In this document: positions 9,514-20,660 of the stretch, piece after piece
Position numbering within the stretch: position 1 is the stretch's first letter
How the letters are laid out: every line of letters begins with the position of its first letter
Source of the DNA: Escherichia coli
GTDB lineage: Bacteria; Pseudomonadota; Gammaproteobacteria; Enterobacterales; Enterobacteriaceae
Length of the DNA stretch: 64,000 nt
Assembly (NCBI RefSeq): GCF_003334815.1
Contig: NZ_QOWO01000007.1
Strand: one strand, 5' to 3'
Notes under the pieces: generated by a model
Databases searched by the model: none
What the model was told of the DNA's origin: nothing
Seen by the model: only the letters and a program-made list of their open reading frames with translations
Program-made: the position numbers and the translations under genes

Positions 9514-12189
9514 ATGTCGTCAACCCTACGAGAAGCCAGTAAGGACACGTTGCAGGCCAAAGATAAAACTTACCACTACTACAGCCTGCCGCTTGCTGCT
9601 AAATCACTGGGCGATATCACCCGTCTACCCAAGTCACTCAAAGTTTTGCTCGAAAACCTGCTGCGCTGGCAGGATGGTAACTCGGTTACCGAAGAGGATA
9701 TCCACGCGCTGGCAGGATGGCTGAAAAATGCCCATGCTGACCGTGAAATTGCCTACCGCCCGGCAAGGGTGCTGATGCAGGACTTTACCGGCGTACCTGC
9801 CGTTGTTGATCTGGCGGCAATGCGCGAAGCGGTTAAACGCCTCGGCGGCGATACTGCAAAGGTTAACCCGCTCTCACCGGTCGACCTGGTCATTGACCAC
9901 TCGGTGACCGTCGATCGTTTTGGTGATGATGAGGCATTTGAAGAAAACGTACGCCTGGAAATGGAGCGCAACCACGAACGTTATGTGTTCCTGAAATGGG
10001 GAAAGCAAGCGTTCAGTCGGTTTAGCGTCGTGCCGCCAGGCACAGGCATTTGCCATCAGGTTAACCTCGAATATCTCGGCAAAGCAGTGTGGAGTGAATT
10101 GCAGGACGGTGAATGGATTGCTTATCCGGATACACTCGTTGGTACTGACTCGCACACCACCATGATCAACGGCCTTGGCGTGCTGGGGTGGGGCGTTGGT
10201 GGGATCGAAGCAGAAGCCGCAATGTTAGGCCAGCCGGTTTCCATGCTTATCCCGGATGTAGTGGGCTTCAAACTTACCGGAAAATTACGTGAAGGTATTA
10301 CCGCCACAGACCTGGTTCTCACTGTTACCCAAATGCTGCGCAAACATGGCGTGGTGGGGAAATTCGTCGAATTTTATGGTGATGGTCTGGATTCACTACC
10401 GTTGGCGGATCGCGCCACCATTGCCAATATGTCGCCAGAATATGGTGCCACCTGTGGCTTCTTCCCAATCGATGCTGTAACCCTCGATTACATGCGTTTA
10501 AGCGGGCGCAGCGAAGATCAGGTCGAGTTGGTCGAAAAATATGCCAAAGCGCAGGGCATGTGGCGTAACCCGGGCGATGAACCAATTTTTACCAGTACGT
10601 TAGAACTGGATATGAATGACGTTGAAGCGAGCCTGGCAGGGCCTAAACGCCCACAGGATCGCGTTGCACTGCCCGATGTACCAAAAGCATTTGCCGCCAG
10701 TAACGAACTGGAAGTGAATGCCACGCATAAAGATCGCCAGCCGGTCGATTATGTTATGAACGGACATCAGTATCAGTTACCTGATGGCGCTGTGGTCATT
10801 GCTGCGATAACCTCGTGCACCAACACCTCTAACCCAAGTGTGCTGATGGCCGCAGGCTTGCTGGCGAAAAAAGCCGTAACTCTGGGCCTCAAGCGGCAAC
10901 CATGGGTCAAAGCGTCGCTGGCACCGGGTTCGAAAGTCGTTTCTGATTATCTGGCAAAAGCGAAACTGACACCGTATCTCGACGAACTGGGGTTTAACCT
11001 TGTGGGATACGGTTGTACCACCTGTATTGGTAACTCTGGGCCGCTGCCCGATCCTATCGAAACGGCAATCAAAAAAGGCGATTTAACCGTCGGTGCGGTG
11101 CTGTCCGGCAACCGTAACTTTGAAGGCCGTATCCATCCGCTGGTTAAAACTAACTGGCTGGCCTCGCCGCCGCTGGTGGTTGCCTATGCGCTGGCGGGAA
11201 ATATGAATATCAACCTGGCTTCTGAGCCTATCGGCCATGATCGCAAAGGCGATCCGGTTTATCTGAAAGATATCTGGCCATCGGCACAAGAAATTGCCCG
11301 TGCGGTAGAACAAGTCTCCACAGAAATGTTCCGCAAAGAGTACGCAGAAGTTTTTGAAGGCACAGCAGAGTGGAAGGGAATTAACGTCACACGATCCGAT
11401 ACCTACGGTTGGCAGGAGGACTCAACCTATATTCGCTTATCGCCTTTCTTTGATGAAATGCAGGCAACACCAGCACCAGTGGAAGATATTCACGGTGCGC
11501 GGATCCTCGCAATGCTGGGGGATTCAGTCACCACTGACCATATCTCTCCGGCGGGCAGTATTAAGCCCGACAGCCCAGCGGGTCGATATCTACAAGGTCG
11601 GGGTGTTGAGCGAAAAGACTTTAACTCCTACGGTTCGCGGCGTGGTAACCATGAAGTGATGATGCGCGGCACCTTCGCCAATATTCGCATCCGTAATGAA
11701 ATGGTGCCTGGCGTTGAAGGGGGGATGACGCGGCATTTACCTGACAGCGACGTAGTCTCTATTTATGATGCTGCGATGCGCTATAAGCAGGAGCAAACGC
11801 CGCTGGCGGTGATTGCCGGGAAAGAGTATGGATCAGGCTCCAGTCGTGACTGGGCGGCAAAAGGTCCGCGTCTGCTTGGTATTCGTGTGGTGATTGCCGA
11901 ATCGTTTGAACGAATTCACCGTTCGAATTTAATTGGCATGGGCATCCTGCCGCTGGAATTTCCGCAAGGCGTAACGCGTAAAACGTTAGGGCTAACCGGG
12001 GAAGAGAAGATTGATATTGGCGATCTGCAAAACCTACAACCCGGCGCGACGGTTCCGGTGACGCTTACGCGCGCGGATGGTAGCCAGGAAGTCGTACCCT
12101 GCCGTTGTCGTATCGACACCGCGACGGAGTTGACCTACTACCAGAACGACGGCATTTTGCATTATGTCATTCGTAATATGTTGAAGTAA
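9514..12189 (+). CDS. acnA: Aconitate hydratase A
   Basis: 891-aa ORF with SD aaggagg. It belongs to the aconitase/IRP family, with Fe-S ligand regions [10 protein letters not shown] and [10 protein letters not shown]. Confidence 0.97.
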   Translation: MSSTLREASKDTLQAKDKTYHYYSLPLAAKSLGDITRLPKSLKVLLENLLRWQDGNSVTEEDIHALAGWLKNAHADREIAYRPARVLMQDFTGVPAVVDLAAMREAVKRLGGDTAKVNPLSPVDLVIDHSVTVDRFGDDEAFEENVRLEMERNHERYVFLKWGKQAFSRFSVVPPGTGICHQVNLEYLGKAVWSELQDGEWIAYPDTLVGTDSHTTMINGLGVLGWGVGGIEAEAAMLGQPVSMLIPDVVGFKLTGKLREGITATDLVLTVTQMLRKHGVVGKFVEFYGDGLDSLPLADRATIANMSPEYGATCGFFPIDAVTLDYMRLSGRSEDQVELVEKYAKAQGMWRNPGDEPIFTSTLELDMNDVEASLAGPKRPQDRVALPDVPKAFAASNELEVNATHKDRQPVDYVMNGHQYQLPDGAVVIAAITSCTNTSNPSVLMAAGLLAKKAVTLGLKRQPWVKASLAPGSKVVSDYLAKAKLTPYLDELGFNLVGYGCTTCIGNSGPLPDPIETAIKKGDLTVGAVLSGNRNFEGRIHPLVKTNWLASPPLVVAYALAGNMNINLASEPIGHDRKGDPVYLKDIWPSAQEIARAVEQVSTEMFRKEYAEVFEGTAEWKGINVTRSDTYGWQEDSTYIRLSPFFDEMQATPAPVEDIHGARILAMLGDSVTTDHISPAGSIKPDSPAGRYLQGRGVERKDFNSYGSRRGNHEVMMRGTFANIRIRNEMVPGVEGGMTRHLPDSDVVSIYDAAMRYKQEQTPLAVIAGKEYGSGSSRDWAAKGPRLLGIRVVIAESFERIHRSNLIGMGILPLEFPQGVTRKTLGLTGEEKIDIGDLQNLQPGATVPVTLTRADGSQEVVPCRCRIDTATELTYYQNDGILHYVIRNMLK

Positions 12190-12195
12190 CAACTA

Positions 12196-12230
12196 TTTGC
12201 TTGCCGGTTATTTTGCTTCCGGCAAGCAAA
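12196..12230. terminator. Perfect 12-bp hairpin between convergent acnA and ribA
   Basis: tttgcttgccgg-(11 nt)-ccggcaagcaaa read directly. Confidence 0.6.
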
Positions 12231-12252
12231 TGAATTACACAATGCAAGAGGG

Positions 12253-12843
12253 TTATTTGTTCAGCAAATGGCCCATTTTCTCGGCTTTGGTATCGAGATA
12301 ATGTTCGTTATTGGGGTTACGACCTACAATCAATGGTACGCGTTCAACAATATTAATCCCTGCTTCGGTCAGAATTTCGACTTTTTTCGGGTTATTGGTT
12401 AACAAGCGGACTTCATTGACGCCAAGGAGTTTGAACATATCAGCGCAAAGAGTGAAGTCGCGCTCATCAGCGGCGAAGCCTAACTGGTGGTTAGCCTCTA
12501 CGGTATCGTAACCTTGATCCTGCAGTGCGTAAGCGCGGATTTTATTCAGCAGACCAATGTTACGACCTTCCTGACGGTGATACAGCAAAATACCACGGCC
12601 TTCCTCGGCAATTTGCGTCAATGCCGCTTCGAGCTGGAAGCCACAATCGCAGCGCAAGCTGAACAGGGCGTCACCGGTCAGACATTCGGAATGGACGCGC
12701 GCAAGTACCGGGGTATGCCCGGAAATATCGCCATAGACTAGCGCGACATGATCGTGTCCGGTTGCCAGTTCTTCAAATCCCACCATCAGGAAATCGCCCC
12801 ATGGGGTTGGCAGTTTGGCTTCTGCCACACGTTTAAGCTGCAT
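12253..12843 (-). CDS. ribA: GTP cyclohydrolase II
   Basis: 196 aa from ATG 12843 (SD ggagaa), starting [18 protein letters not shown]..., with zinc motif [18 protein letters not shown]. The track start at 12906 adds 21 unsupported residues. Confidence 0.95.
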
Positions 12844-13012
12844 GAAATTCTCCAGATAATGCTGGTTCTGTATTGGCTTATTTTGCCATAACGAGAAGGG
12901 GTTCACCTAATCACGACGCGTCGATCGTTCACGGAATGGCACAAATCTGTCAATTTTTCCTGGAACTGGCGTTTTCAGTTATGATTGTGGGACTTATCAA
13001 AAAGGAGAGGCC

Positions 13013-13777
13013 ATGCGTTCGATTGCCAGACGTACCGCAGTGGGAGCTGCACTATTGCTTGTCATGCCAGTAGCCGTATGGATTTCTGGCTGGCGTTGGC
13101 AACCTGGAGAACAAAGTTGGCTACTAAAAGCGGCTTTTTGGGTTACTGAAACTGTCACCCAGCCCTGGGGCGTCATTACACATTTGATTTTATTCGGCTG
13201 GTTTCTCTGGTGTCTGCGTTTTCGCATTAAGGCTGCCTTTGTATTATTTGCCATTCTGGCGGCCGCAATCCTTGTGGGACAAGGCGTTAAATCCTGGATC
13301 AAAGACAAAGTCCAGGAACCACGACCTTTTGTTATCTGGCTGGAAAAAACACATCATATTCCGGTTGATGAGTTCTACACTTTAAAGCGAGCAGAACGCG
13401 GAAATCTAGTGAAAGAACAGTTGGCTGAAGAGAAAAATATCCCACAATATTTGCGTTCACACTGGCAGAAAGAGACGGGGTTTGCCTTTCCTTCCGGTCA
13501 CACGATGTTTGCTGCCAGTTGGGCACTGCTGGCCGTTGGTTTGCTGTGGCCGCGTCGGCGAACGTTAACCATTGCTATCTTGCTGGTCTGGGCAACGGGA
13601 GTCATGGGAAGCCGCCTGCTGCTCGGGATGCATTGGCCACGCGATCTGGTAGTAGCTACGTTGATTTCGTGGGCGCTGGTGGCGGTGGCAACGTGGCTTG
13701 CGCAACGAATTTGTGGGCCATTAACACCACCTGCGGAAGAAAATCGCGAAATAGCGCAACGAGAACAAGAAAGTTAA
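13013..13777 (+). CDS. pgpB: Phosphatidylglycerophosphatase B (PAP2 family)
   Basis: 254-aa polytopic ORF with PAP2 motifs KDKVQEPRP, FPSGHT and SRLLLGMHWPRD. Confidence 0.95.
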   Translation: MRSIARRTAVGAALLLVMPVAVWISGWRWQPGEQSWLLKAAFWVTETVTQPWGVITHLILFGWFLWCLRFRIKAAFVLFAILAAAILVGQGVKSWIKDKVQEPRPFVIWLEKTHHIPVDEFYTLKRAERGNLVKEQLAEEKNIPQYLRSHWQKETGFAFPSGHTMFAASWALLAVGLLWPRRRTLTIAILLVWATGVMGSRLLLGMHWPRDLVVATLISWALVAVATWLAQRICGPLTPPAEENREIAQREQES

Positions 13778-13925
13778 CGCTGGTTGATTTTCCGAATTTA
13801 GCCCTTAAATCATCAACAATGCGTGTGGATGCCATTTCGCAGACGGCGCGAAAATGGTACTTTAAAGGGCTATTGCGGTAAGTTGACCATAATTTATTCG
13901 CTCTAACCACATAACGGGAAGTAAT

Positions 13926-14234
13926 GTGAAATATTTACTCATTTTCTTACTGGTGTTAGCGATCTTCGTGATTTCGGTCACGTTGGGTGCGCAGAACGAT
14001 CAACAGGTGACGTTTAATTATCTGTTAGCGCAAGGGGAGTACCGTATTTCCACATTGCTGGCGGTATTGTTTGCTGCGGGGTTTGCTATCGGTTGGTTGA
14101 TTTGTGGCCTGTTCTGGCTGCGAGTTCGTGTTTCCCTGGCGCGCGCTGAACGTAAAATAAAGCGACTGGAAAACCAGCTTTCACCCGCGACTGACGTGGC
14201 TGTAGTGCCGCACTCGTCAGCGGCGAAGGAATAA
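13926..14234 (+). CDS. lapA: LPS assembly protein LapA (YciS)
   Basis: 102-aa ORF with a GTG start and two TM helices. It lies immediately upstream of lapB. Confidence 0.9.
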   Translation: MKYLLIFLLVLAIFVISVTLGAQNDQQVTFNYLLAQGEYRISTLLAVLFAAGFAIGWLICGLFWLRVRVSLARAERKIKRLENQLSPATDVAVVPHSSAAKE

Positions 14235-14240
14235 CTTTCT

Positions 14241-15410
14241 ATGCTGGAGTTGTTGTTTCTGCTTTTGCCTGTAGCCGCTGCCTATGGCTGGTATATGGGC
14301 CGCAGAAGTGCGCAACAAAACAAGCAAGATGAAGCCAACCGCTTGTCGCGTGATTACGTAGCGGGGGTTAACTTCCTGCTTAGTAATCAACAGGATAAAG
14401 CGGTAGACCTGTTTCTCGATATGCTTAAAGAGGATACAGGCACCGTTGAAGCCCACCTTACGCTCGGAAACCTGTTCCGTTCGCGTGGCGAAGTTGATCG
14501 CGCTATTCGCATCCATCAGACCCTAATGGAAAGCGCCTCGCTGACCTATGAACAGCGTCTGTTGGCGATTCAACAACTGGGGCGTGATTACATGGCCGCC
14601 GGGTTATATGACCGCGCGGAAGACATGTTCAATCAGCTGACCGATGAAACTGACTTCCGCATTGGCGCGCTGCAACAGTTGCTACAAATCTACCAGGCTA
14701 CCAGTGAGTGGCAGAAAGCAATTGATGTTGCCGAACGCCTGGTGAAGCTGGGTAAAGATAAACAGCGCGTCGAAATTGCCCATTTCTACTGTGAGTTAGC
14801 CCTGCAGCATATGGCCAGCGACGATCTCGATCGTGCCATGACCTTGCTAAAAAAAGGGGCGGCGGCAGATAAAAACAGCGCCCGCGTATCCATAATGATG
14901 GGACGCGTGTTTATGGCGAAAGGAGAATACGCCAAAGCCGTCGAAAGTCTGCAACGCGTGATATCCCAGGACAGAGAACTGGTCAGCGAAACGCTGGAAA
15001 TGTTGCAAACCTGCTATCAGCAGTTGGGTAAAACTGCCGAATGGGCAGAATTCCTGCAGCGTGCGGTGGAAGAGAACACCGGTGCCGATGCTGAATTGAT
15101 GCTTGCTGATATCATCGAAGCGCGCGACGGTAGTGAGGCCGCACAGGTCTATATTACGCGCCAGCTTCAGCGTCATCCGACCATGCGTGTGTTCCATAAG
15201 TTAATGGATTACCACTTAAATGAAGCGGAAGAAGGGCGTGCCAAAGAGAGCCTGATGGTGCTGCGTGACATGGTTGGCGAGAAGGTACGTAGTAAGCCTC
15301 GTTATCGTTGCCAGAAATGTGGTTTTACCGCATACACCCTCTACTGGCATTGTCCGTCTTGTCGGGCCTGGTCAACCATTAAACCGATTCGCGGTCTTGA
15401 TGGCCTGTAA
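14241..15410 (+). CDS. lapB: LPS assembly / LpxC-degradation adaptor LapB (YciM)
   Basis: 389-aa ORF with an N-terminal TM helix, TPR repeats and a C-terminal rubredoxin-like CQKCGF...CPSC. Confidence 0.95.
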   Translation: MLELLFLLLPVAAAYGWYMGRRSAQQNKQDEANRLSRDYVAGVNFLLSNQQDKAVDLFLDMLKEDTGTVEAHLTLGNLFRSRGEVDRAIRIHQTLMESASLTYEQRLLAIQQLGRDYMAAGLYDRAEDMFNQLTDETDFRIGALQQLLQIYQATSEWQKAIDVAERLVKLGKDKQRVEIAHFYCELALQHMASDDLDRAMTLLKKGAAADKNSARVSIMMGRVFMAKGEYAKAVESLQRVISQDRELVSETLEMLQTCYQQLGKTAEWAEFLQRAVEENTGADAELMLADIIEARDGSEAAQVYITRQLQRHPTMRVFHKLMDYHLNEAEEGRAKESLMVLRDMVGEKVRSKPRYRCQKCGFTAYTLYWHCPSCRAWSTIKPIRGLDGL

Positions 15411-15603
15411 TTTTTAAAAAAAATCCGACTTTAGTTACAACATACTAATTATTAATGTTCCATTGTGCTCCGGCAACGACGGCGCAGAAAAAGCCTGCCA
15501 GGGGAGAAATCGCAACTGTTAATTTTTTATTTCCACGGGTAGAATGCTCGCCGTTTACCTGTTTCGCGCCACTTCCGGTGCCCATCATCAAGAAGGTCTG
15601 GTC

Positions 15604-16341
15604 ATGACGTTAACTGCTTCATCTTCTTCCCGCGCTGTTACGAATTCTCCTGTGGTTGTTGCCCTTGATTATCATAATCGTGATGACGCGCTGGCCTTTG
15701 TCGACAAGATCGACCCACGCGATTGTCGTCTGAAGGTCGGCAAAGAGATGTTTACATTGTTTGGGCCACAGTTTGTGCGCGAACTTCAACAGCGTGGTTT
15801 TGATATCTTTCTTGACCTGAAATTCCACGATATCCCCAACACTGCAGCGCACGCTGTCGCTGCTGCAGCTGACTTAGGCGTGTGGATGGTGAATGTTCAT
15901 GCCTCTGGTGGGGCGCGTATGATGACCGCAGCGCGTGAGGCACTGGTTCCGTTTGGCAAAGATGCACCGCTTTTGATTGCTGTGACAGTGTTGACCAGCA
16001 TGGAAGCCAGCGACCTGGTCGATCTTGGCATGACACTGTCACCTGCAGATTATGCAGAACGTCTGGCGGCACTGACGCAAAAATGTGGCCTTGATGGTGT
16101 GGTGTGTTCTGCTCAGGAAGCTGTGCGCTTTAAACAGGTATTCGGTCAGGAGTTCAAACTGGTTACGCCGGGCATTCGTCCGCAGGGGAGTGAAGCTGGT
16201 GACCAGCGCCGCATTATGACGCCAGAACAGGCGTTGTCGGCTGGTGTTGATTATATGGTGATTGGTCGCCCGGTAACGCAATCGGTAGATCCAGCGCAGA
16301 CGCTGAAAGCGATCAACGCCTCTTTACAGCGGAGTGCATGA
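15604..16341 (+). CDS. pyrF: Orotidine-5'-phosphate decarboxylase
   Basis: 245 aa from ATG 15604 ([12 protein letters not shown]...) with motif [10 protein letters not shown]. The track start at 15544 is an extension. Confidence 0.95.
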   Translation: MTLTASSSSRAVTNSPVVVALDYHNRDDALAFVDKIDPRDCRLKVGKEMFTLFGPQFVRELQQRGFDIFLDLKFHDIPNTAAHAVAAAADLGVWMVNVHASGGARMMTAAREALVPFGKDAPLLIAVTVLTSMEASDLVDLGMTLSPADYAERLAALTQKCGLDGVVCSAQEAVRFKQVFGQEFKLVTPGIRPQGSEAGDQRRIMTPEQALSAGVDYMVIGRPVTQSVDPAQTLKAINASLQRSA

Positions 16342-16667
16342 TGAGTGATTCCAACAGCCGTCTGGTCTACTCAACGGAAACCGGACGTATTGATGAGCCC
16401 AAAGCGGCCCCTGTACGCCCTAAAGGCGACGGTGTGGTGCGTATTCAGCGTCAGACCAGTGGACGTAAAGGTAAGGGCGTTTGCCTGATTACCGGTGTCG
16501 ATCTCGATGATGCCGAACTGACAAAACTTGCAGCGGAACTGAAGAAAAAATGCGGCTGCGGCGGAGCAGTTAAAGATGGAGTTATTGAAATCCAGGGCGA
16601 TAAGCGTGATTTATTAAAATCACTACTTGAAGCGAAAGGGATGAAGGTAAAACTCGCAGGCGGTTAA
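16341..16667 (+). CDS. yciH: SUI1/eIF1-family translation factor homologue YciH
   Basis: 108 aa from ATG 16341; an alternative ATG at 16338 forms an ATGA overlap with the pyrF stop. SUI1 fold sequence ...GKGVCLITGVDL...IEIQGDKRD. Confidence 0.9.
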   Translation: MSDSNSRLVYSTETGRIDEPKAAPVRPKGDGVVRIQRQTSGRKGKGVCLITGVDLDDAELTKLAAELKKKCGCGGAVKDGVIEIQGDKRDLLKSLLEAKGMKVKLAGG

Positions 16668-16672
16668 CATAA

Positions 16673-16698
16673 AAAGCCACGGATATATCCGTGGCTTT
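16673..16698 (+). terminator. pyrF-yciH operon terminator
   Basis: aaagccacgg-atatat-ccgtggcttt, a strong GC-containing stem flanked by an A-run and a T-run. Confidence 0.8.
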
Positions 16699-16792
16699 CG
16701 AATATTTTACTGTGCGTATTATTCAGTTATTTCGTACTGAACAGAATCAAGCGTATTATAATTGCGAGTCGATAATCGACATTTATTTACGA

Positions 16793-17011
16793 TTATTTAC
16801 CGACCTGGTGACCAATAACACCACCGACAGCTGCACCACCTAATGTACCCAACGTACTGCCATCGGTCAGTACTGCACCGCCTAATGCCCCTGCACCCGC
16901 GCCGATTGCGGTGTTGCGGTCCCGTTTAGACCAGTTAGAACAGGCACTCAGAGACATTGCCAAAGTAATTGCCAGAACAGCCGCGGTCATTTTTTTGCTC
17001 GTTACAAACAT
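16793..17011 (-). CDS. osmB: Osmotically inducible lipoprotein OsmB
   Basis: 72-aa ORF with a signal peptide and lipobox LSAC, and a Gly-rich mature part. Confidence 0.93.
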   Translation of the reverse strand: MFVTSKKMTAAVLAITLAMSLSACSNWSKRDRNTAIGAGAGALGGAVLTDGSTLGTLGGAAVGGVIGHQVGK

Positions 17012-17279
17012 AATACTCTCTCCTGAATTTATGATTCACGGAAGTAAGCTCTCTATAACTATAATAGCTAAGAATAAGCCTGGTGAAATTATTCCGTGAA
17101 ATCTGCTCGCGCGCAGGGTTATATCACGCAGGTGATAATGACTTCCTGTTATATCGCTGATAATAATTTTATATCTTGAGAGTGTTAATAACAGGTAAAT
17201 AGTCTTAATTATCAACCAGGAATCATCTTAGAGCGGATGATTTGCCAAACTGCAAATCATCCGTAGAGAAGGGAAATGG

Positions 17280-18029
17280 TTAAATGTCAACGACGTGAAC
17301 GGTGAGTTTACTGTGCTCAAGATGCATCAGATCGCTGGCGCGTATTTTCGAATCGGTAATCACGCGATTGAATCGCTCAACGGGACCGATGGAGTATGAA
17401 TGTACAGCACCAAATTTCGAGCTGTCAGTCAGGACTATCGCTTCGCACTCTTTTTCCAGCACGGCATTGACCACATCGGTACGCATCATATCGCGACCGG
17501 TAAATCCAGTTTCAGGTTGCCAGCCATCAATACCAATAAATGCTTTGCTGAAATGCACCTGTTGGATGCACTGGCGTGTCAAAGGGCCAACCATACTTTC
17601 GCTTTTTTTCTGATACACGCCACCGAGCAAAATAACTTCACAAGGCGCGTCTTTCAGCAAATGCGCGATGTAGCTGCTGACCGTGATGATAGTGACATTT
17701 TTCTTCTGCTCGCCCAGAGTCCGGGCGAGTAGGGCATTGCTGCTGCCATTTTCGATAAAGATGGTTTCGCCCGGTTGAACCAGCGACGCGGCAAACTCGG
17801 CGAGTTCACGCTTCAGCGTATAGTTGCTCATCATACGGGTTTCGACGTCATCACTATCAAGCGAAACAGCAAAGCCATGTGCACGGCGGAGGTAACTCAG
17901 TTTTTCGAGTGTGTTGAGATCCTGGCGAATGGTAACTTCAGAAACTCCAGTGGCTTTTGCCAGATCGGTTACGCTAACCTGACCCTGGTCAATGACCATC
18001 TGTAGAATAGTTTGTTGTCGGGAATTCAT
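17280..18029 (-). CDS. yciT: DeoR-family transcriptional regulator YciT
   Basis: 249-aa ORF with an N-terminal DeoR HTH ([38 protein letters not shown]) and a DeoR C-terminal sensor domain. Confidence 0.9.
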   Translation of the reverse strand: MNSRQQTILQMVIDQGQVSVTDLAKATGVSEVTIRQDLNTLEKLSYLRRAHGFAVSLDSDDVETRMMSNYTLKRELAEFAASLVQPGETIFIENGSSNALLARTLGEQKKNVTIITVSSYIAHLLKDAPCEVILLGGVYQKKSESMVGPLTRQCIQQVHFSKAFIGIDGWQPETGFTGRDMMRTDVVNAVLEKECEAIVLTDSSKFGAVHSYSIGPVERFNRVITDSKIRASDLMHLEHSKLTVHVVDI

Positions 18030-18118
18030 CGCTGTAATTCTTATAACGTTATAATACTTAATAAAAAAATACTGACGCGCCGGGCATCCTCAAATAGGAA
18101 AACCTGAAGGCACGATTG

Positions 18119-18292
18119 TTAAATCTCCCACGGTGCCTTCGGGATGTCTGGCGTAGATTCAGCAACCTGGCGCAAGAGTTCTGCTTTAAGTATCTCGAGA
18201 TTATGGATCGCAGAGTGGTAATCGCCTGCCACAAGGATATCTAACACAATATCAATACGTTCGGCAACGCGCTGGGCATCAAATTCAGACAT
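18119..18292 (-). CDS. yciZ: Small conserved protein YciZ (57 aa)
   Basis: ATG 18292 gives [42 protein letters not shown]... The track adds 3 upstream codons. Confidence 0.8.
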
Positions 18293-18439
18293 CAAGGACA
18301 TCCTTATAGCAAAAGGGGGAAAATGAATAATGCAAAAATTGCCGCTAAAAGAGAAGTGTTTAACAGCAACGGCTAATTATCATCCAGGAATACGATATAT
18401 AATGACGGGATATAGCGCTAAGTATATATATTCATCTAC

Positions 18440-20425
18440 TTATGCGCGCTTCAGATAGCGTTTATACCAGCGTTCGAAGGCGACGGCGGGCATCGGTTTG
18501 GCAAACAAAAATCCTTGCCGCTCATTGATCCCGTTCTTGGTTAAAAAAGCATCTTCCTTTGCACTCTCTACACCTTCGGCGATCACCTGAAGATTCAATG
18601 CCTGGGCCACAGCGACGATCGCCCGGACCAGTGACTGCGAGACAGGTTGTTTGTGAATATCTCGAACAAAAACCTGGTCAAGTTTGATGGCATCGATCGG
18701 AAAGCGCGCCAGTTGCGAAAGTGAAGAGTAGCCGGTACCAAAATCATCCAGATGCACTTGCGCACCTAGTTGGCTAAATTGTTGAATAACAGACAGTGCC
18801 AGTTCATCATTCTCAATCAGACAACTCTCTGTCAGTTCAACATCTATAGGGCAGTATTCAAAATTGAGTTCCTGGAGAACCTGTTTCAGGGCGGTGAAAA
18901 TGGTTTGATCGGCGAGCTGACGTGCAGAAATATTTACCGCCACTCGCAGGTTTATGCCTTTATCCCGCCACTTTGCCACCTGGCGTACGACATCGAGAAT
19001 CACCCAACGGCCTAAAGGCACAATTAGCCCTGACTCTTCGGCGTAGGAAATGAAGTCCAACGGTGGAATCAACCCACGTTCAGGTGACTGCCAACGTACT
19101 AGTGCTTCCAGACTGCGCACTTCGCCACGCCAGGTGATTTTCGGTTGATAGTGAATAACCAACTGATCGTTTTCCAGTGCTTTACGCAAGTTGGTATCCA
19201 GCCAGAGATATTCAAATACCCGTTGATTCATTTCTGGGGTAAAAACGCAAAATTGTCCTCGTCCGCCTTCCTTCGCTGTGTACATTGCTGTGTCGGCGTG
19301 ACGAATAATAGCCGTGCTGTCTGAACCATGTTCGGGAGAGAGTGCAATACCTACTGAACAGCTGGTATAAACTTCAATTAAACCAATGCGAAAGGGGAGC
19401 CGTAAGCGGGTCAAAATTCGTGATGCCATTGCTTCCAGCGCGCTTTGTGAGGTGTTGGATGCCAGTACCAGAAACTCATCCCCACCTGGACGCGCCAACA
19501 CCTGGTCATGTTCGAGACAGCTTAAAATAGCCAATGACACGTCGCGTAATAACTGGTCACCAAACAAATGCCCATAGGCGTCGTTGACCTTTTTGAAATT
19601 ATCCAAATCAAGATACACAACCCCAACTTTATTGTTATCTGCATGATTAATAGCGTGATCGATTAAATCCTGCATTGCGTTACGATTCGGCAGTCCGGTG
19701 ATACTGTCGGTATTTGCCAGAATACGCAGTCGCTCCTGAGCGCGGCGCTCTTCGGTAATGTCGGTGCCGGAACAGATTAAAAAAATCTCGTTTTTGCCAC
19801 TGCCGCTGTGGACAAATTTATTGCGAAACAGAAACAGCCGCTGGCCTTTACATGTTGGTATCCACAGTTCGACTTCATATGCATTGCCGCTTCGAAAAAA
19901 TACACGGTTATTGCGCCTGGATGCCGCAGCTTCACGACGGCTCATAAACAGTTTAAACACGCTTTGCCCAATGACGTCGTGTTCTTTCAACCCTGTGTAA
20001 TCTTCACATAACCGATTGAAGCGTTGGATATTCCCCCGGCTGTCGAGAATCACTATTGCGGAATGTGCTTCAGAAACTACCTGCTCAGCAAAGGAAAGCC
20101 CGTGTGATAAATCACGAGCAACCGCCGGTGTGTCATGCCATGCAGACGCGTTGCCAGCCCATTCCCGTTTATTGATTTTTCGTCCTACCAGATGCACAGA
20201 AAGATCGCTTTCATCGACGGTCAGACTCATCATCAGGCTGGAGGTGATGACCGTCATTTCCCTGATGCGAGCAGCCTGTTCGGCAGATAACTGCAATGTA
20301 CGATCAGGTTCTGTGGTTTCGGTGGTAGAAAAGCGCAAAACATCGCTGCTTTCCGTCAACCGCCAGTATGGATTGTGCGATCCGAGAAAGTTGTACAACG
20401 TTGTGGACTCCCTAACGGTTTTCAT
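18440..20425 (-). CDS. pdeR: c-di-GMP phosphodiesterase / trigger enzyme PdeR (YciR, Gmr): PAS-GGDEF-EAL
   Basis: 661-aa ORF with GGDEF motif RPGGDEFLV, EAL motif LEALVRW and a PAS region upstream. Confidence 0.94.
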   Translation of the reverse strand: MKTVRESTTLYNFLGSHNPYWRLTESSDVLRFSTTETTEPDRTLQLSAEQAARIREMTVITSSLMMSLTVDESDLSVHLVGRKINKREWAGNASAWHDTPAVARDLSHGLSFAEQVVSEAHSAIVILDSRGNIQRFNRLCEDYTGLKEHDVIGQSVFKLFMSRREAAASRRNNRVFFRSGNAYEVELWIPTCKGQRLFLFRNKFVHSGSGKNEIFLICSGTDITEERRAQERLRILANTDSITGLPNRNAMQDLIDHAINHADNNKVGVVYLDLDNFKKVNDAYGHLFGDQLLRDVSLAILSCLEHDQVLARPGGDEFLVLASNTSQSALEAMASRILTRLRLPFRIGLIEVYTSCSVGIALSPEHGSDSTAIIRHADTAMYTAKEGGRGQFCVFTPEMNQRVFEYLWLDTNLRKALENDQLVIHYQPKITWRGEVRSLEALVRWQSPERGLIPPLDFISYAEESGLIVPLGRWVILDVVRQVAKWRDKGINLRVAVNISARQLADQTIFTALKQVLQELNFEYCPIDVELTESCLIENDELALSVIQQFSQLGAQVHLDDFGTGYSSLSQLARFPIDAIKLDQVFVRDIHKQPVSQSLVRAIVAVAQALNLQVIAEGVESAKEDAFLTKNGINERQGFLFAKPMPAVAFERWYKRYLKRA

Positions 20426-20616
20426 GATGCATATCCTCCGGTTAACAGCGGAGTCCGCGGTTAAATAAAAGGAACAACATGACTTACATGAAATTAACGG
20501 CGGCTAAACGCATTGTTTTTTTTATATATTTATTTGTAATCCAGTTTTGGAAAAACGCCAGTTTTCAAACGAAAGTCAGTTAAAAAATCTGCCTGGATAT
20601 AACGAAGGTAGAGCGG

Positions 20617-20651
20617 GGAAATAAACGGCCCATCCATGAGGAATGGGCCGT
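20617..20651 (-). terminator. rnb intrinsic terminator
   Basis: On the minus strand: acggcccat-tcctcatgg-atgggccgt followed by ttatttcccc. Confidence 0.7.
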
Positions 20652-20660
20652 GAAAGGAGA

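Noticed and set aside
9278-9542. Two overlapping 60-62-aa plus-strand ORFs just upstream of and into acnA.
   Set aside because: They are out of frame with acnA, have no SD and cover the acnA promoter/leader. The shorter 31-aa ORF at 9255-9350 is the more credible coding unit here.
12844-13012. Looked for an FMN riboswitch upstream of ribA.
   Set aside because: The 169-bp spacer is shared with divergent pgpB, and I saw none of the conserved FMN-element helices. In E. coli the FMN element is associated with ribB, not ribA. A covariance-model scan (Rfam RF00050) would settle it.
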